Assembly (NCBI GenBank): GCA_904063045.1
Contig: CAJFCJ010000007.1
Span: 368,819 to 432,818 of the forward strand
Direction of reading: 5' to 3'
Source: Dimorphilus gyrociliatus
Lineage: Eukaryota > Animalia > Annelida
DNA length: 64,000 nucleotides
The notes beneath the pieces were generated by a model that saw only the letters and a program-made list of their open reading frames with translations, was not told where the DNA came from and did no database searches. Numbering within the stretch: position 1 is the stretch's first letter; every line of letters begins with the position of its first letter. Of this stretch, positions 13,334 to 26,981 are shown piece by piece. Made by a program: the position numbers and the translations under genes.

Positions 13334-14314
13334 TTAGTTCTTGTATCCACGACTCTTTCTGCGACCACGGGCTCTTTCGAATTTTCTTCCTTTCGATCTA
13401 ACATGAGGACTGCAAAAGAAATAATAAATATGTAAACGATGGTTTCCTTTGATTAAAATATTGTATACTAACGCAGTCTTGCTGTGTGGCACACCTGGTG
13501 CTGGACCGAAGTGACGGTATGCCTCTCTAGCCTTTCTTCTTCCTATTACATATAAGTTTCATTGTATTATTTCGAAAAAGTTGATTGTAATAGTAGACAC
13601 TAGAAATTTACCTTGCAACAGAACAGTCTTCTTTCCTTTCGGAGCTTTCAGTGCAAGCTGATCAAAAGTGATGATTTCACCACCGCTCTTCAAAATTCTG
13701 GCACGAGCTCCATCAGTAACTCTCAATGCACAGATTTTAAGCTTGGGAATCTTCATAATTCTCAAATCGTCAGTAATTGTTCCTACAACGACGGCAGTCA
13801 AATCTTTTCTACTTTTATCCTTCATCTGACGAACCTAAAATTAAAAATATAATGTAAACTACAGTCAAATAAAATCAATATTTTTCTCAACGAGTTGATG
13901 TACAATATGAATATGTTGAAATTAAACATACCAAGCTAGCAAGGGACATTGGTGGCCTGTTGGTTTTGCTCATGAAAAGGCGTCTTAGGATAATCTTGTT
14001 AAATTTAGCATTGGTTCGACGAGCCAAAAATCTATACAACTGTATAAAAATGTTCCATGAAACTGAAGTTTTACGGCTTTTTTAATAACATACCTTGACC
14101 AAAAGGCGAAGATATATATCTTCGCTTTTCGGAGCGGTACGACGGACCTTGCGATCGTGTTTATGGTTTATGTCGATACCCTAAAAAAATTATAAGTGGT
14201 CATTATTGTAAATAAGGTGACTATATATCTAATCATGATATTAGATGCAAAAAATATCCAATTCTAAAGGAAATATTCGTAGATTTTTCCACGTTTCCTA
14301 AGAAAACTCACCAT
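13334..14314 (-). CDS. RPL18: 60S ribosomal protein L18 (eL18), multi-exon with ATG-only first coding exon
   Basis: ATG|gtgagt at 14314-14312, then [68 protein letters not shown], and C-terminal [23 protein letters not shown]. Confidence 0.98.
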
Positions 14315-14330
14315 TGCTGCTTACAGTACC

Positions 14331-14341
14331 GGAAAAGGAAG
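14331..14341 (-). promoter_or_regulatory. 5' terminal oligopyrimidine (TOP) motif of RPL18
   Basis: Minus strand CTTCCTTTTCC lies 17 nt upstream of the RPL18 ATG; typical for ribosomal protein mRNAs. Confidence 0.7.
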
Positions 14342-15083
14342 TTCGCCATTAAAAAATCAGAGACATTGAGGGGAGAAAAGAACATTTATAAAAATTTTTT
14401 AAGGCGCCCTCTATACATTAAATTGCTAAAAGTTACAAAAAATTTTATTTTAGGATTAACAATAAAAGAAAACTATTGCGAAAAATTAAGTATTCAAAAT
14501 AAAGACTATCTTAAAACTTTTAAGCTATTTATCAGTCAAGTATTTATGAAACTCTAATTCTTTTTAATCAACCGCCAGATGTCGTTCACCTTACTTTAGA
14601 ATTTCTCATTTAAGATCAATATTTTACGCCATCTCTTAGTTGGTAATTGAAACTAATTTACGTTTGTTATCAGTTGACAATCGTTGTTCGAAGCCCGTAT
14701 GTCACAGTTAAGCTCTACTATCATAGATCGTTAACCTAGCTACTGCTGTAAAGCTCATTAACTGAAAGGTAAGGTCTTAGAGATTAAAAATAATACCTTG
14801 ATTGCCAATTTATTTGTTATACCTTGATTTCCTGTTGAAATTTGGTGTAGAATTTTTAAAGCTCAGCGTAGCTTTATGTAGCCTTTGTAATTGCAAAAGG
14901 ATTAAGATATATACATAATGTAGCCAGTTTAACACAAATCTACTAGCGATGAATAAGCAGTCTATCGACAGATGACTGTATATTTCAGATTGTTTAGAAT
15001 AAAGACGTATAGTCATTTTTTGTTATTTTTCATGTTCTAATATCACCTTGACCTGTCATTTTAGATAGACAAACGTCTGAACT

Positions 15084-17642
15084 ATGTCCAGTGTGGATCC
15101 CATCTTATCAGCAACGTTTCAATTGTGCACTCAACCTAAAATTGACGTGATAGTGACTTTAACATCCACAAGTTTGACATGCATAGCGGCTCCTTCTTGT
15201 AAATCGAATACTCCTAAGCTACCAGTAATATTTTTAGACGATATAGTCGGATGTTGTATACTAAAGAGCTCAAGAAAAGATGAAAGTGCTGCTTATTTAA
15301 AAGTTGTTTCCTATCCTAAACGCAAAAAGTTTTTAACAAGGAAAAGCCTCAGACGTAAAGTTCAACACGTTTTTAAAGCTCAATCCGCTTTGTCTTACCA
15401 GGACAACGAGAATGTCGTTCATAAATGGCATTTAGTAATAAGTAATCTTTTAGATAACGTTCCGGTCAACTCAAGTACAGGTAAAGTATTATAATTTAAC
15501 CGAGTTTATAACAAAATCTGCATAATCAATTATGTTATATGTAGATCTAACAACCCTGAAAGAGGTCAAGAAACGTCATTTTCTTATTCTGATTAATCCT
15601 TTCGGAGGTCGAGGAAAAGCTAAACAAATTTTTTATGAAGAAGCCGAACCAATCCTTAAAGAGTGTAACGTCTCTTATGACGTTGTCCTGACAGGTAATT
15701 GAAACTCTGATATATCGAGGAAACGCTATAAGCTAGAATTGTATAATATATATCATAGAGAGAGCAAACCACGCAAAAGAAATGATGCTTAGTTTGGACA
15801 TAAAGAAATATTATGGTATAATAACGGTTTCGGGTGACGGTCTTATTCACGAAGTCTTTAATGGCCTTATGAAAAGGCCTGACTGGAGAGATGCGGTCAG
15901 CATACCTTTCGGTTCCCTTCCGGGAGGATCTTCTAATGCTCTTTGCTGTTCTATAAATTATACAGCAGGGTAAGTAACTTAAACCCTCCCTTTTTTAAAT
16001 GAATTGAGGAAGTACTTTAACCATACCTATTCTAATTATCTCGGAGCGCAAATAAACTCTAAAGCATTTGTTATAAAAAGATAGATATTAAATCAGTAAA
16101 ACACCCTAAATTAAGATTCTTACACGTAAATGCAGAGAAGATTACTTCAGAGAAGTTATTGCTAGTGTATCTACTTATATTATTGCACGTCATCGAAAAG
16201 AGAGAATGTCCTTGGCCAAAGTTGACACGAAGAGTAATAGTTTCTTTTCACATCTCTCTGTAACTTGGGGATTGGTTGCTGATATTGATATCGAAAGTGA
16301 AAGACTTCGGTTGATGGGGGGAGCGAGATTTTCCGTTACAGCAGTAGCTCGTCTAATCAGTGAGTGCCAATTTCGATGAAGGTCCATTATTTGACGTTAA
16401 TGGAATTAATTATCGCTTATAATTTATTTAGTTTTTGATTAGATAATTATTTTCTAGCTTCAAAGCTTTGCATATTCTGTTTTTAATTTTCGTGTTGATT
16501 ATAAAAGATGCTTTTTTATTTTTCTTTTACAGTTTAAGCGTTCATGATCAACTTTGCTTAAATATGACGTTAAATATAACAAAGCCACATTTAAGCTTTA
16601 TGAATCTTTTCGCTTTTGATACTCCTAAGCAGAGGGGCTATGGTTTTTTATCAGTTTCCTGGGGTATATTTGCTGATGTAGATATAGAAAGTGAGAGGTT
16701 TAGAAGCCTTGGAGGGGCCAGAATTACAATAGGAGGTCTGGTAAGGCTATTCAGTAAGTAACAGCTTGCTTGCTTGCTTTCTTCCTTCCTTAAGCGCATT
16801 ATCTTTTAAATCTCTTTGCCGTGGATTTAAAACTAAATTACTAGATAATTAACTAGTTGCATTCTAAAAAGTTTTTCTTTTACATAGATTTAAGGAAATA
16901 CAGAGGCCGATTATCTTTTCTTCCGGCTGACGATTATAGTCCGAAGAATGGAATTTGGAGAACTTCTTCTACCAGCGAACTAAATAGGGGAACATATGAT
17001 AGACCGGCTGTGCCAAGATCGATTTCTGTCGTTGGGACGAAATGCACGAATCTAAATGCTATGGCCAGAGGGGATGGTGTAGGCGATGACCTACCTCCTT
17101 TAACGCCCCCTGTCGACGCTATCGTGTCTCCAGATATGCAACCGTCAGAAAGTTCATATAACCTTATCAGAGTTCAAAATCAAACAGATGGCGCTGGAGG
17201 CTCTGAAGGCGCCTCAAAGCAAATGGCTTCGTCAAAAGTTAGCACTCCACTTTTACCTCCCCTTACAGAGGCAGTGCCGAAAGAATGGGTTACAGTTGAA
17301 GATGATTTTATTACTGTTATTGCCGGTTTTCTTTCTCATTTGGATGGTAATTTAATGATATCACCAAAAGCAAAGTTACACAACGACCAATTTAATTTAG
17401 TATTTATAAGATCTAGTCAAATATCAAAGGCCAGATTAGTATCACTTTTCATGAACAACATGGAAGACGGCTCATTCCTAAACGATGCACACGTGGAGAG
17501 TGTAATGGTTAAAGCGTTTCGTTTAGAACCATTGTGCGAGAACGGAATTTTGACAGTGGATGGTGAAAGAATAGAATATGGACCTGTTCAAGCACAATTT
17601 TTACCTGGTATAGCCTCAGTTATGGCAAAAACTGTTGAATGA
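15084..17642 (+). CDS. SPHK: Sphingosine kinase; exons 15084-15480, 15545-15694, ~15758-15969, [16136-16359 or 16533-16753], 16888-17642
   Basis: DAGKc motifs LILINPFGGRGKA, VSGDGLIHEVFNGLMKRPDW, SLPGGSSNAL, WGxxADxDIESERxR, YRGRLSFLP, VKAFRLEP, GILTVDGE. Canonical GT-AG introns keep the frame. Confidence 0.95.
16136..16359 (+). other. SPHK alternative exon A (224 nt, phase 2 to phase 1)
   Basis: tgcag| ... |gtgagt; encodes EDYFREVIASVSTYIIARHRKERMSLAKVDTKSNSFFSHLSVTWGLVADIDIESERLRLMGGARFSVTAVARLI. Confidence 0.85.
16533..16753 (+). other. SPHK alternative exon B (221 nt, phase 2 to phase 1), paralogous to exon A
   Basis: tttacag| ... |gtaagt; encodes LSVHDQLCLNMTLNITKPHLSFMNLFAFDTPKQRGYGFLSVSWGIFADVDIESERFRSLGGARITIGGLVRLF. 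Confidence 0.85.
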
Positions 17643-17964
17643 TCGTCTGTTGTGATAGAAATTTTTAATAAATGGTTTTTAAACACCCTACATTCGATAG
17701 AGTACGATGACCGCGTTTAAGCTAAATACTATAGGGTATATATATATATACTGTATATATATAAAATTTATATATACAGTATATACTATATATATAAGCC
17801 GACACCCCTCGGCCCTAAGATTTCGACTGCTCCTCGTTTGGTCCGGGCAGTTGGAAGAAGGTTTGCCGAGGCGAATAAATTATTTTAAACCGCTGAGGAA
17901 AAAAAATTTTCCCTTTCCGATATTACTTTTTATTTTTTACGCGAAGGATGAGGTTTAAAGGAGC

Positions 17965-20900
17965 ATGATGGTCAGTGGAAAAAATTGTTCAAGTAAGGAA
18001 GGGTCCGATACGGAAACTCTAACTAAAGGCAATCGTTATGGAGATGGTAAAATAAAGAAGGGAAAAATAGCCAAAGTCTACTTCCCTAACTTCTTCTACG
18101 CTATTTCAACTATATGGCTAATAGGCCTTACTGCCTTCGTCGCCTATAATTTCGAACAGAATGTTCTTCTGCATAGTAGAATTGCTCAGTTGGAAAACGA
18201 TTTACGGCAACCGGTAAAGTTTCTATTTTCTACAAGCAAAATAACAGGAAAAAAAACATATAATATCTATATATATACACTTAGAATATATACATACACT
18301 TATAAATATAGTTGTCTAAACTTGCTATTATTAACGGCTTAAGAAAAAAAGCTATCTTTTTTTTATCTTTATCTATCTTGGAGTAACATTCAATCTTTTA
18401 TTGTTTGTTTAAAAAACAGCCGTCTCCAGCGTCAAGACAGAAAAGGGATACGTTCAACCAATGCAACTGTCCAGCAGGTTCGTATTACATGAATTCGTGT
18501 TTTCTTTATACTTAATAAGCTTCGAATGTAGCGAATTTGTTTACTGTAAATTGTGTGGCGACAAAGTAAGGCGTAAAATAAAATCTAAGACGAACTTTCT
18601 CAGCACGACCTCCGTGCAAACTAGCGTCGTTATCGGAGCCTAGTATATTTTTCCTTATTTCTCCGATTTCTTCTATAAACTCTTCATTCTCCTCCCCCTC
18701 CTCTCTACTCTCCCTCTTTCCTGATAAATTTCTTATATATATCAATAGGTTTCGCCTTCCTTAGGTCACTTTTGAAAGAGCTGCGCTCTAGCTTATTTTT
18801 CTTGACCAACTTTTTGCAAACGCGCCGTAAAAGAGGTGCGAAACTGTTGTAAGCTATATAATAATCGATTTATTTGCACTTCTGCCAAAAAGTTGGTGAT
18901 TCATCCATTCTACCTTTATATAATATAATTATAAATCGATTAAGAATAGGGACACAGCATGAAATGCTATTGCAATGAAAATTCTTTAGTACAATTACTT
19001 AAGAAAGAAGAGAAAACCTTCGAGAAAATAGAGATCTGTCTCTCTCTCTCTCTCGCTCTCCCTGTCGTATTAAAAGTTGAAATATATTTATGAATTCTCG
19101 TGTTTCGTCACCAAGAAGTTATACGAAATTATATACCATGTAGGGATCTTATATCTACAATTGAAGGCAATAGATTACATCCATATTTATAACACATAAT
19201 ACATTGAAAAAAGTTTATGTACTGTAGAAACGTGTCTGACAAGTCTACTATAAATACATATGAATTCCTGTCCGAAATGTAGTATTTTTTACGTTTATAC
19301 CGTATGATAGCTTACTTTATATGCGGATGTATAGTGTAGCGTATGCATCTGTATATAAAAGCGTTTTTTCACCAACATCTGCAATGCACTGCAAAAATCG
19401 CCGTCTGCTCTCCCAGCACGATGTATTTCAGACATACGCGTTATTGTTTGTAAACGGCTTTAGATTTTTGATCACGTGATTATATCTTGTTTAACTAAAA
19501 CAGACGTAGATTGACAGGATGGCCTTTTTTTTAAACGATTAGTCTCAAATTAAAAAGGTAGAATAAGTTAATTTATCAATTGAATTACCTATCGGCTATC
19601 TCCTTTACGATTGTTTATTAAGTAATTAAGTTGAGAATATGTTTGAGTTTGTCGAAAAGAAAACTTTCATATACCAATTAATAAGTTATTAGAGATTCTA
19701 TTTATTTGTTTGTTGACGTTTCGCCGCCTTCGCCTAGACAGTAGGCTTAATTGCAGTTTGATGGCTCGAGATGAATGGCTACGGGGAAACGATTCCTGGA
19801 ATGTTGAGGGGGGTGGTTAGGGGGGAGGGTTGTTACGGCCATATTGAATAATAAACTAGAAAGTTGGTAAGAGTTTGAACCTTATCGGAAGAAACGCTTT
19901 ACGATTTTTCTACTTAGTTGAAGCAAGTGGTATGGGAAGATAACCTTTAAAAAAACATCCCCCCTCCCGTTTCTTCTTTTTTTTCACCTACAATCAACTA
20001 TCCCCACCCAAGCCAGTAGAAAAAATAAGGCAAGGTAAAGATAGATGAAGTCAATTTCGCTAATCGTTCTTTTATCCTACGAAAAAGGGTTGATTGCATA
20101 AGAATTTAGAAGGGTTGCACCTGGTAGTAATTTCAATGTTTGATCTTTTCGTTTCACCCCTATACAACTAGTATCATTTTTTTCATACTTTAAACTTTTC
20201 CAAGTCTAATTATTCCGCTTACTAATTTTTGTTACCCTTCAATTACTTCTATTTATCTTCCATCTGCTGCTTTCCCCTCTTTTTTATATTAAGAGAAAAG
20301 GAAAGAATTTTTTCTCTTTACACCTCCTTTGATTCAGTAAAATAGATTAACAGTAGCAGGTGATGTAAGTCTGACCAATGCGGGATTGTTTTCTCTTCTA
20401 AGTTACTATAATACGATATATATATATATATATATAAATGTAAGAGAGTGAGTAAGAGAGAGAGAGAGGAGAGAATATAGAGTTTATATGAAAAATATGT
20501 ATATTATATATTGATATATGTTATTTATTGTAGGCTATAAAACCTTAAAGCCTTAACTTTTGGCATTATATTACATTTTAAAAAGTACTTTAATACACTG
20601 TTACGGCCGTATTACTGTATATATGTATATATTCTAGGTATAAGAAAAAGGTTAAAATAACTAAACGGTCGAAGATTAGTTAGAAAAAAGAAAATTAATC
20701 GATTTTAATTATAAAAGATCTTCTTCTATTTCTATTCTGGCCTTATAACATTTGCCATTTAGATAGGGGTCTAGAAAAGTGAGAAGGAAACTATCGGCTA
20801 TTAATTTTCTGCCCTCTTTTCCAATTTATATACGGAAAATTTGTTTGTTTTTTCTTCCATTCGGCATTCCAATGCGTCGAGTAGGCAACCTTTTCAAAAA

Positions 20901-22637
20901 AGCGAAAAGATTCCCTAAATTCTCTTCCTACTCGGATTCTATTTGACATTTTTAGCATCCATATACACGATAATCGAAAAATAATAAACGCGTTTTAACA
21001 TCTGTCGTAATCGGATAGGACTCTGCACGAAATTGTAAAGGTGACACTAGGTGGCGTTCTTTTATATATTTTATATTGCTTTATGTATACATTAGCCCAC
21101 AGCAATGTTTCGCCAACTTTGTCGGTTTTCAATTGATACGCACTAGCCCCATCCGCGTTCGGTGTATAACTGTTATGCCAACTGCAACTTTGCAGTAGTC
21201 GTGCTGTCTGTAGCTGTTTACCGCATGCCGCTTAACTGGACCGAGTTAATGCGTATACAGACCTACTGCGTACAGTGCTTAATTTATCTATACACATTAA
21301 AAATTCCAGTTCTTTTTTTAAATGCATTCTTCATAATTAGGTCCGAAGGGCGCAGTTGGACCACCAGGCATAAAGGGCGAAAAGGGTAACATAGTAAGTA
21401 CTCAAACTAGTCTAAACCAATTATAAAAAAGAGTTGTTTTTTTATTTTGAAAAATAATTTGATCATAATAATAATAATAATAATATATCTATACACCGTC
21501 AAAAGTTTATCGGCTTAACTCTTGCATGATCCCTTATTAACTGCATGGTTTTCTTCTCTTTCCAGGGTATTATGGGTTTGCCCGGAAAAAACGGTTATCC
21601 GGTAAAATTCCTTTCAGTTTTTTTTTCTACATTTTTTCTCTCGCATATTTTCTTATTTAATTAAAAGAAAAACGAAAGTTTTTACGTTTCGACACTAAAA
21701 CTTCAAACGGGAATAAGAAAAAGAGCCTTTTCTCTTTTATTTTTAACTTTTTCTTCTTCGTTTTTTCCTTTTCTTTCTCTTTTTTACCTTTTTTTTTTAA
21801 ATAACTCTATTAAAGGTTCAAAAGAAAATCCTTTTTTTACCTTTTCAAGCTGATTTAATTAATTAATTTCTAATTAATTAATAACAGAATAATTAAGGTT
21901 GAAAAATATCGTTGCAGTATCATGTTTCTTTAAAACAATAACTATCTACGTAAGATGTTTGTCGGCTAAAACTGTTGCATGATCTTCTTACGTAACAGAC
22001 GGTATATTTTTTACCAATCGGTACCTGGGGAGCATTTTTGCTTGGCCCAGTTATATTTTTCTAAACGTATATTTACTGTATATAAAAAAGGTATTTAAAT
22101 AAGACCTCTTAGGCCATCAGAAGGGAAGATATCTTCTTTTCTAACATATTCCTTAATATTCTTCTTCAGGGGAACATAGGCCAACCAGGATGGCCAGGTC
22201 CTAGGGTAATTAGCCTTTCAAAGAGTTCTTTTTCTATTTTTACTCTTTATTTCTTTTTATTTTTTTATAATACTAACGGTATCCTTTCACTTGAAAGAAG
22301 AAAAAACCAATATATTATATAGCCCCTTTTTTATGAAGAGAATGATATTTTTTTATTCTTGATATCCTTGTTCTATTAAGCAAAGAGTTCCTTATTTTTT
22401 TTTTCTTACATCCGAAATGGTCTGACAGCTGACCATTTCAATTTCCGCCTTCTGGTTGATCTAAACAAATACTTGTAAATCTATTGTTAATGATTATCTT
22501 ATTCTTTTCTTGTTTGAAACAAAATCAGGGTTGGCAAGGAAGAAAAGGAAAAAAGGAAAGTAAACTGATAAAAATTAAATAATGAGTTATTTAAAAAGAT
22601 TAGAAAGAGAGATTGGGAGAAAGAGAGAAAAGAAGAA

Positions 22638-22679
<42 letters not shown>

Positions 22680-25600
22680 ATCACGATTCTAGTTCCCGGT
22701 TTCTTCCCTACCTCTGCAATATACTCTTTTTTTAAATCAAGTCCCACTAATATAGCATTCCTTTACTTTCCATTGGAAACTATAAACTAACTCTCCCTTC
22801 CCATCCTTTTTATCTTATCTTTTGTATACGCCATATCTAAAATTAAACAGACGATGACGTAAGAGAAGTTGCGTTTGTAGAGCATGCTTTCTCCCTTATC
22901 TTTTCGTTAAAGAACTTCTGTAGAATTAAAATGCGTTTATACAGGGCGAAAAAGGCAGCATTCCAAGAAATATTGATAGATTAATAACAAAGAGGAGTTT
23001 TGGACCTCCAGGTCCTCCTGTAAGTCTTGTTACTCCTCAACCACCTCCTTAAAACCGCCATTACTATCATCAACTTCGCCATTCTATCATCGTCAATTTT
23101 ATCAATAATTTATTGTTCCAACATCTTATAATGATTTATCTTTATTTCTTCCTTATTTTAATTAATTTACACATCGGAACTGCTATTTTTCTCTTAACTT
23201 TATTGTTTTCTCATCTAGTAAAATTTTTATAGAATGCAATGCGAAACGTTTTCGTTTCACATCTCTCTACTGTTTCTGTTTACCGTACTAGCCTGTCTTC
23301 GGGCTGTTTCTGGGCCTAGGCCTACATTTATATCTACAGATAGTTATAGAGATAGACTCATCTATCCTCTCCCTTTCCCTTCCCCTCTTTTTTATTTTAT
23401 CCTTACATTAAAAAAGAATCGTAACTGTTTTCTTCACCTCTATTTTAACTGATATTCCCAGAGCGTTAATTAAGGATAATTAGTAAGGATTTGGGTTTTC
23501 TATAAGCGACATAAATTTTTCGTTTCGCTTAAATTGGAAACATCCGCCCCCCGCATGGTTTCGGCTTAAGCGATTAATTGAGGTGGGAGGGGGGAAAGAA
23601 AACATCATTACGTCATATCGAATTCTGTGTTGTTGTTCTATTTTTGTCCGCTTCCTTTCCTTCCAAAAGACTTTGTTCATTTCACCTGAAAAGATTCATT
23701 TAACTTATTAATGCTATACACTTGTACTTTTATTATCATCCTGACTACGTTGCACAGGGTCCGAAGGGAAGCAGAGGATACCCGGGTTATCCGGTTAGTT
23801 TTTTGTTAGGAATATGCGGCCACCTAGCGTATTCTCTCGTATTATTTATGATATATAAATTTATATTTTTGTTTTAGTCTCTTTTTCTCTTATTTAGCAT
23901 GTTCCCCCTACATTCCCTCCCCTATTTGCATGAGCATACCATAAAACTCCAATTTCTATTAGGGCTTTCTTTCCCCTTTCAGCAAAGATTACTTTTTCGA
24001 AATATTAAAATAATCTATAACTTAATTAAAACAGGGAATAATAGGTTTAGATGGTCCCGAAGGTCCACCAGGACCTCCTGGCCCGAGAGGATCTCAAGGA
24101 GAGAGGGTAAGTTACTACACGATTATATATAAGCCTAAGGAAAAAATAAATAACACCTGACCCTTTAGGGTCTGAAAGGCGAGCGTGGTGAAGCGGGCTT
24201 ACCCGGATTTGATGGACCAGCTGGGCCAATAGTGAGTATTGCCTTTTCTTATTTATGTTTTTTAGGTAATTTGAGTTTTCAAACAATATAAGAAAAAATA
24301 TGACCCAAAAACTCCCATCATTCGCCTGTCTAGAAACAATATTATTTGTATCATTTTATCATTAATTTCATTAAATACCAAGGAAAAAATGCAAATGACT
24401 CAGCAATCAAGAAACCAAGGACTGAAGCGATCGCTATCCGACAAAATGGGCACACCGAAGGAATATGAATACGTATATAAGTTAGTCGAAAAAGGTCAAG
24501 TTCGGGAAATTTACTTACTTAAGGTATAGGCCTAGTGTAGATCCATCGCCTCCCCTTGTTCCCCATCCTCCCTCATGTACACGTTCGTGCGAGCTTGTTT
24601 GTATTAGTACACGACTGACCTGCATGACCTTATTCCGTCATCTTATCTTTGTTAGGAGTCGCTAATATTTGCATATCCTTTTATCTAAATGCATGTTCCT
24701 TCTAACGAATTGCAGGGGCCAAGAGGCTATCCAGGTTACCCAGCTGGCATAAGTAACGAAACGATCCGGCAACTTAAACTGCTCAAAGTTCGTTGCAGTT
24801 TCCCATGATCTTTTAGTATTTTTTTGTAATTTTTATTTAAAATTGATAGTTTAACATAGTTTGTGCTAGCTTGGCTTTTTTAAATAAGATGTTTAGGAAT
24901 GATTAAAAACAACTACACAAGATTTATTGGTGTTGTAGGGTGATCCTGGACCTCCTGGACCACCGGGTAGAGTCGGTATAAAGGGAAGAGAAGGTATACC
25001 AGGATTAGACGGAAAGATTGGTCCTAGCGGTAAAAGAGGACCACCCGGCCCGAAAGGAGATAGAGTGAGTCATTGCCCCAAACTGTTGATCTCTTTTCCA
25101 GACAGAGTTTTTTTTATCTTGTAGGGAGATCCTGGCCACCCGGGACCTAAGGGTCCGCAGGTTAGTTATATGTCTTATAATCTGACACACATACGCGTTA
25201 CTTTCAAAATCATAATAGGGTAGAATAGGATTCTCAGGAAAGGATGGTAGTCCTGGACTTATGGTCAGTCCTAATAAAAGGGTTTAACAATTAATATAAA
25301 TTTAGTGTAATTAGGGTCCGAGAGGATATCCCGGTGTAAAGGGGCAGATAGGTCAACCGGTTAGTAACTGTTCCGGCATAGCAATGAAGATTCAGCTATC
25401 CGTTTAACAATACTTCTTTTTTAGGGTTTTATGTTCTTAAATACAACAAATAAGTGGAATGGTACAATTATAGCTAAGCCAGGTCCTCCCGGCCCTCAAG
25501 GGCAAATAGGAAGAACCGGCCCGAAAGGAGATACAGGTTTCCCTGGATTCTCCGGAGATCCAGGACTTCCAGGCGAAAAAGGAGCCAAAGGAGACAGTGG

Positions 25601-26940
25601 CTCCAAAGGAGCACGAGGAGATGCAGGTCCTGAAGGCCGGGAGGGCTTAACAGGTCTGCCAGGTAGTCCTGGTAGACGAGGTCGTAAAGTGAGTGGATCG
25701 CTTGGAGCTGCCATCTGTACCTATTAATTTTTTTTATAAGAATAGGATGTTCTGCACAAAAGCTCCATCTATATAATTGTTTTAATTAAAGCTTAAAAAG
25801 ACATCTTATACTTAAAAAAAGAATTATATGTTGTATTAATTAGAGATTTTTGAGTTTTTCAGGCTTCTCATTACTTAGCATGGCCTTTTTCGTCAATTTT
25901 TCAGATATTTTTTATAAGATTGTACAGATTTCAACCAGTTATTTATAGTTGAAATGTGAACCAATCAACGAACCAATTTTCGTGTTACTCTTTTTGGTTT
26001 TACTTCTATAGAATTGTGCACAATTTTTTTATTAATTTAATGACTTAAATATTTATTATTAATAGTTTTTTTTTTAAAAAAAAAACTGATTTGATGCGCA
26101 ATTTTAAGAGAAATTTTTACATTTTTATCAAGTGTTCGAAAAGTTCAATTTTTTAAAAGAACATTCGAAACGTATTACAAACAATTTTTAGTGTTCTTTT
26201 TTCGTCTTTAAAAAAGCCAATAATTCTCTAATTCAAGAAATTATTTCATAAATACTAATTGATAAATAATATTCCTATATTAGGGCTCTAAAGGTGATCC
26301 TGGTTTGGATGGTACTATGTTATATTTGAAAGGAAAACATAAAAAGGATTATATAGTTGGACCTCCTGGACCTATCGGTCCATCTGGACCTAAAGGACCT
26401 AAGGTAATAAATTATATCAAGTGTAAAGTCAAAATGCATGAGAAAATCTTTAAATATATCCATATATATATACTGTATTTATATATAATAGATATACACT
26501 TTTGTATTTTTATTATAATAATATAGTTTATTATTGCTTTGCTTTTTATATTTCGTTTAAAAAAAATACTAATGATTAAATTGATGGTTATAAATTGAAA
26601 CTCTTTAAGAGAAGAGTTAGAAAGAAACGCTGCAAAGTATCCGTTATAAGATTGCATTCTCGACACCGATCGAGGAGGATTAAAAAATTAAGGAAAAAAC
26701 TTGAAAGAAATAGGCGTACGATGCAAAGTTACAAGGAGGAAGATCATCCCATTGATTTTGACGCTTTCTTCGAAGAATTAGCCAAGGTTTGAAGAATGTT
26801 CTTAGAGAAACTGCTCTATTTCTGCCTTCTTTCGGACGTCTTCTATTTCTCTGCATCTTTTTTTTTTATTGCAAAAAAAAATAAGAACTCAATTTGAACA
26901 ATTTCGTTTTTTCATAACCGAGTTTTTTTATTCATTTATT

Positions 26941-26981
<41 letters not shown>

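Noticed and set aside
13334-14314. Intronic snoRNAs in RPL18
   Set aside because: Introns are short and lack paired C/D or H/ACA boxes.
14685-14696. GTTCGAAGCCC B-box-like word suggesting a tRNA or SINE
   Set aside because: No A box or cloverleaf; it lies in the SPHK leader region.
22529-22559. Collagen-like GWQGRKGKK segment after a cag acceptor
   Set aside because: The nearest GT donor gives 31 nt and breaks frame; at best a decayed exon or homopolymer error, so it was not included in the model.
25496-25714. Pro/Gly-rich minus-strand ORF
   Set aside because: It is the antisense shadow of a Gly-X-Y collagen exon.
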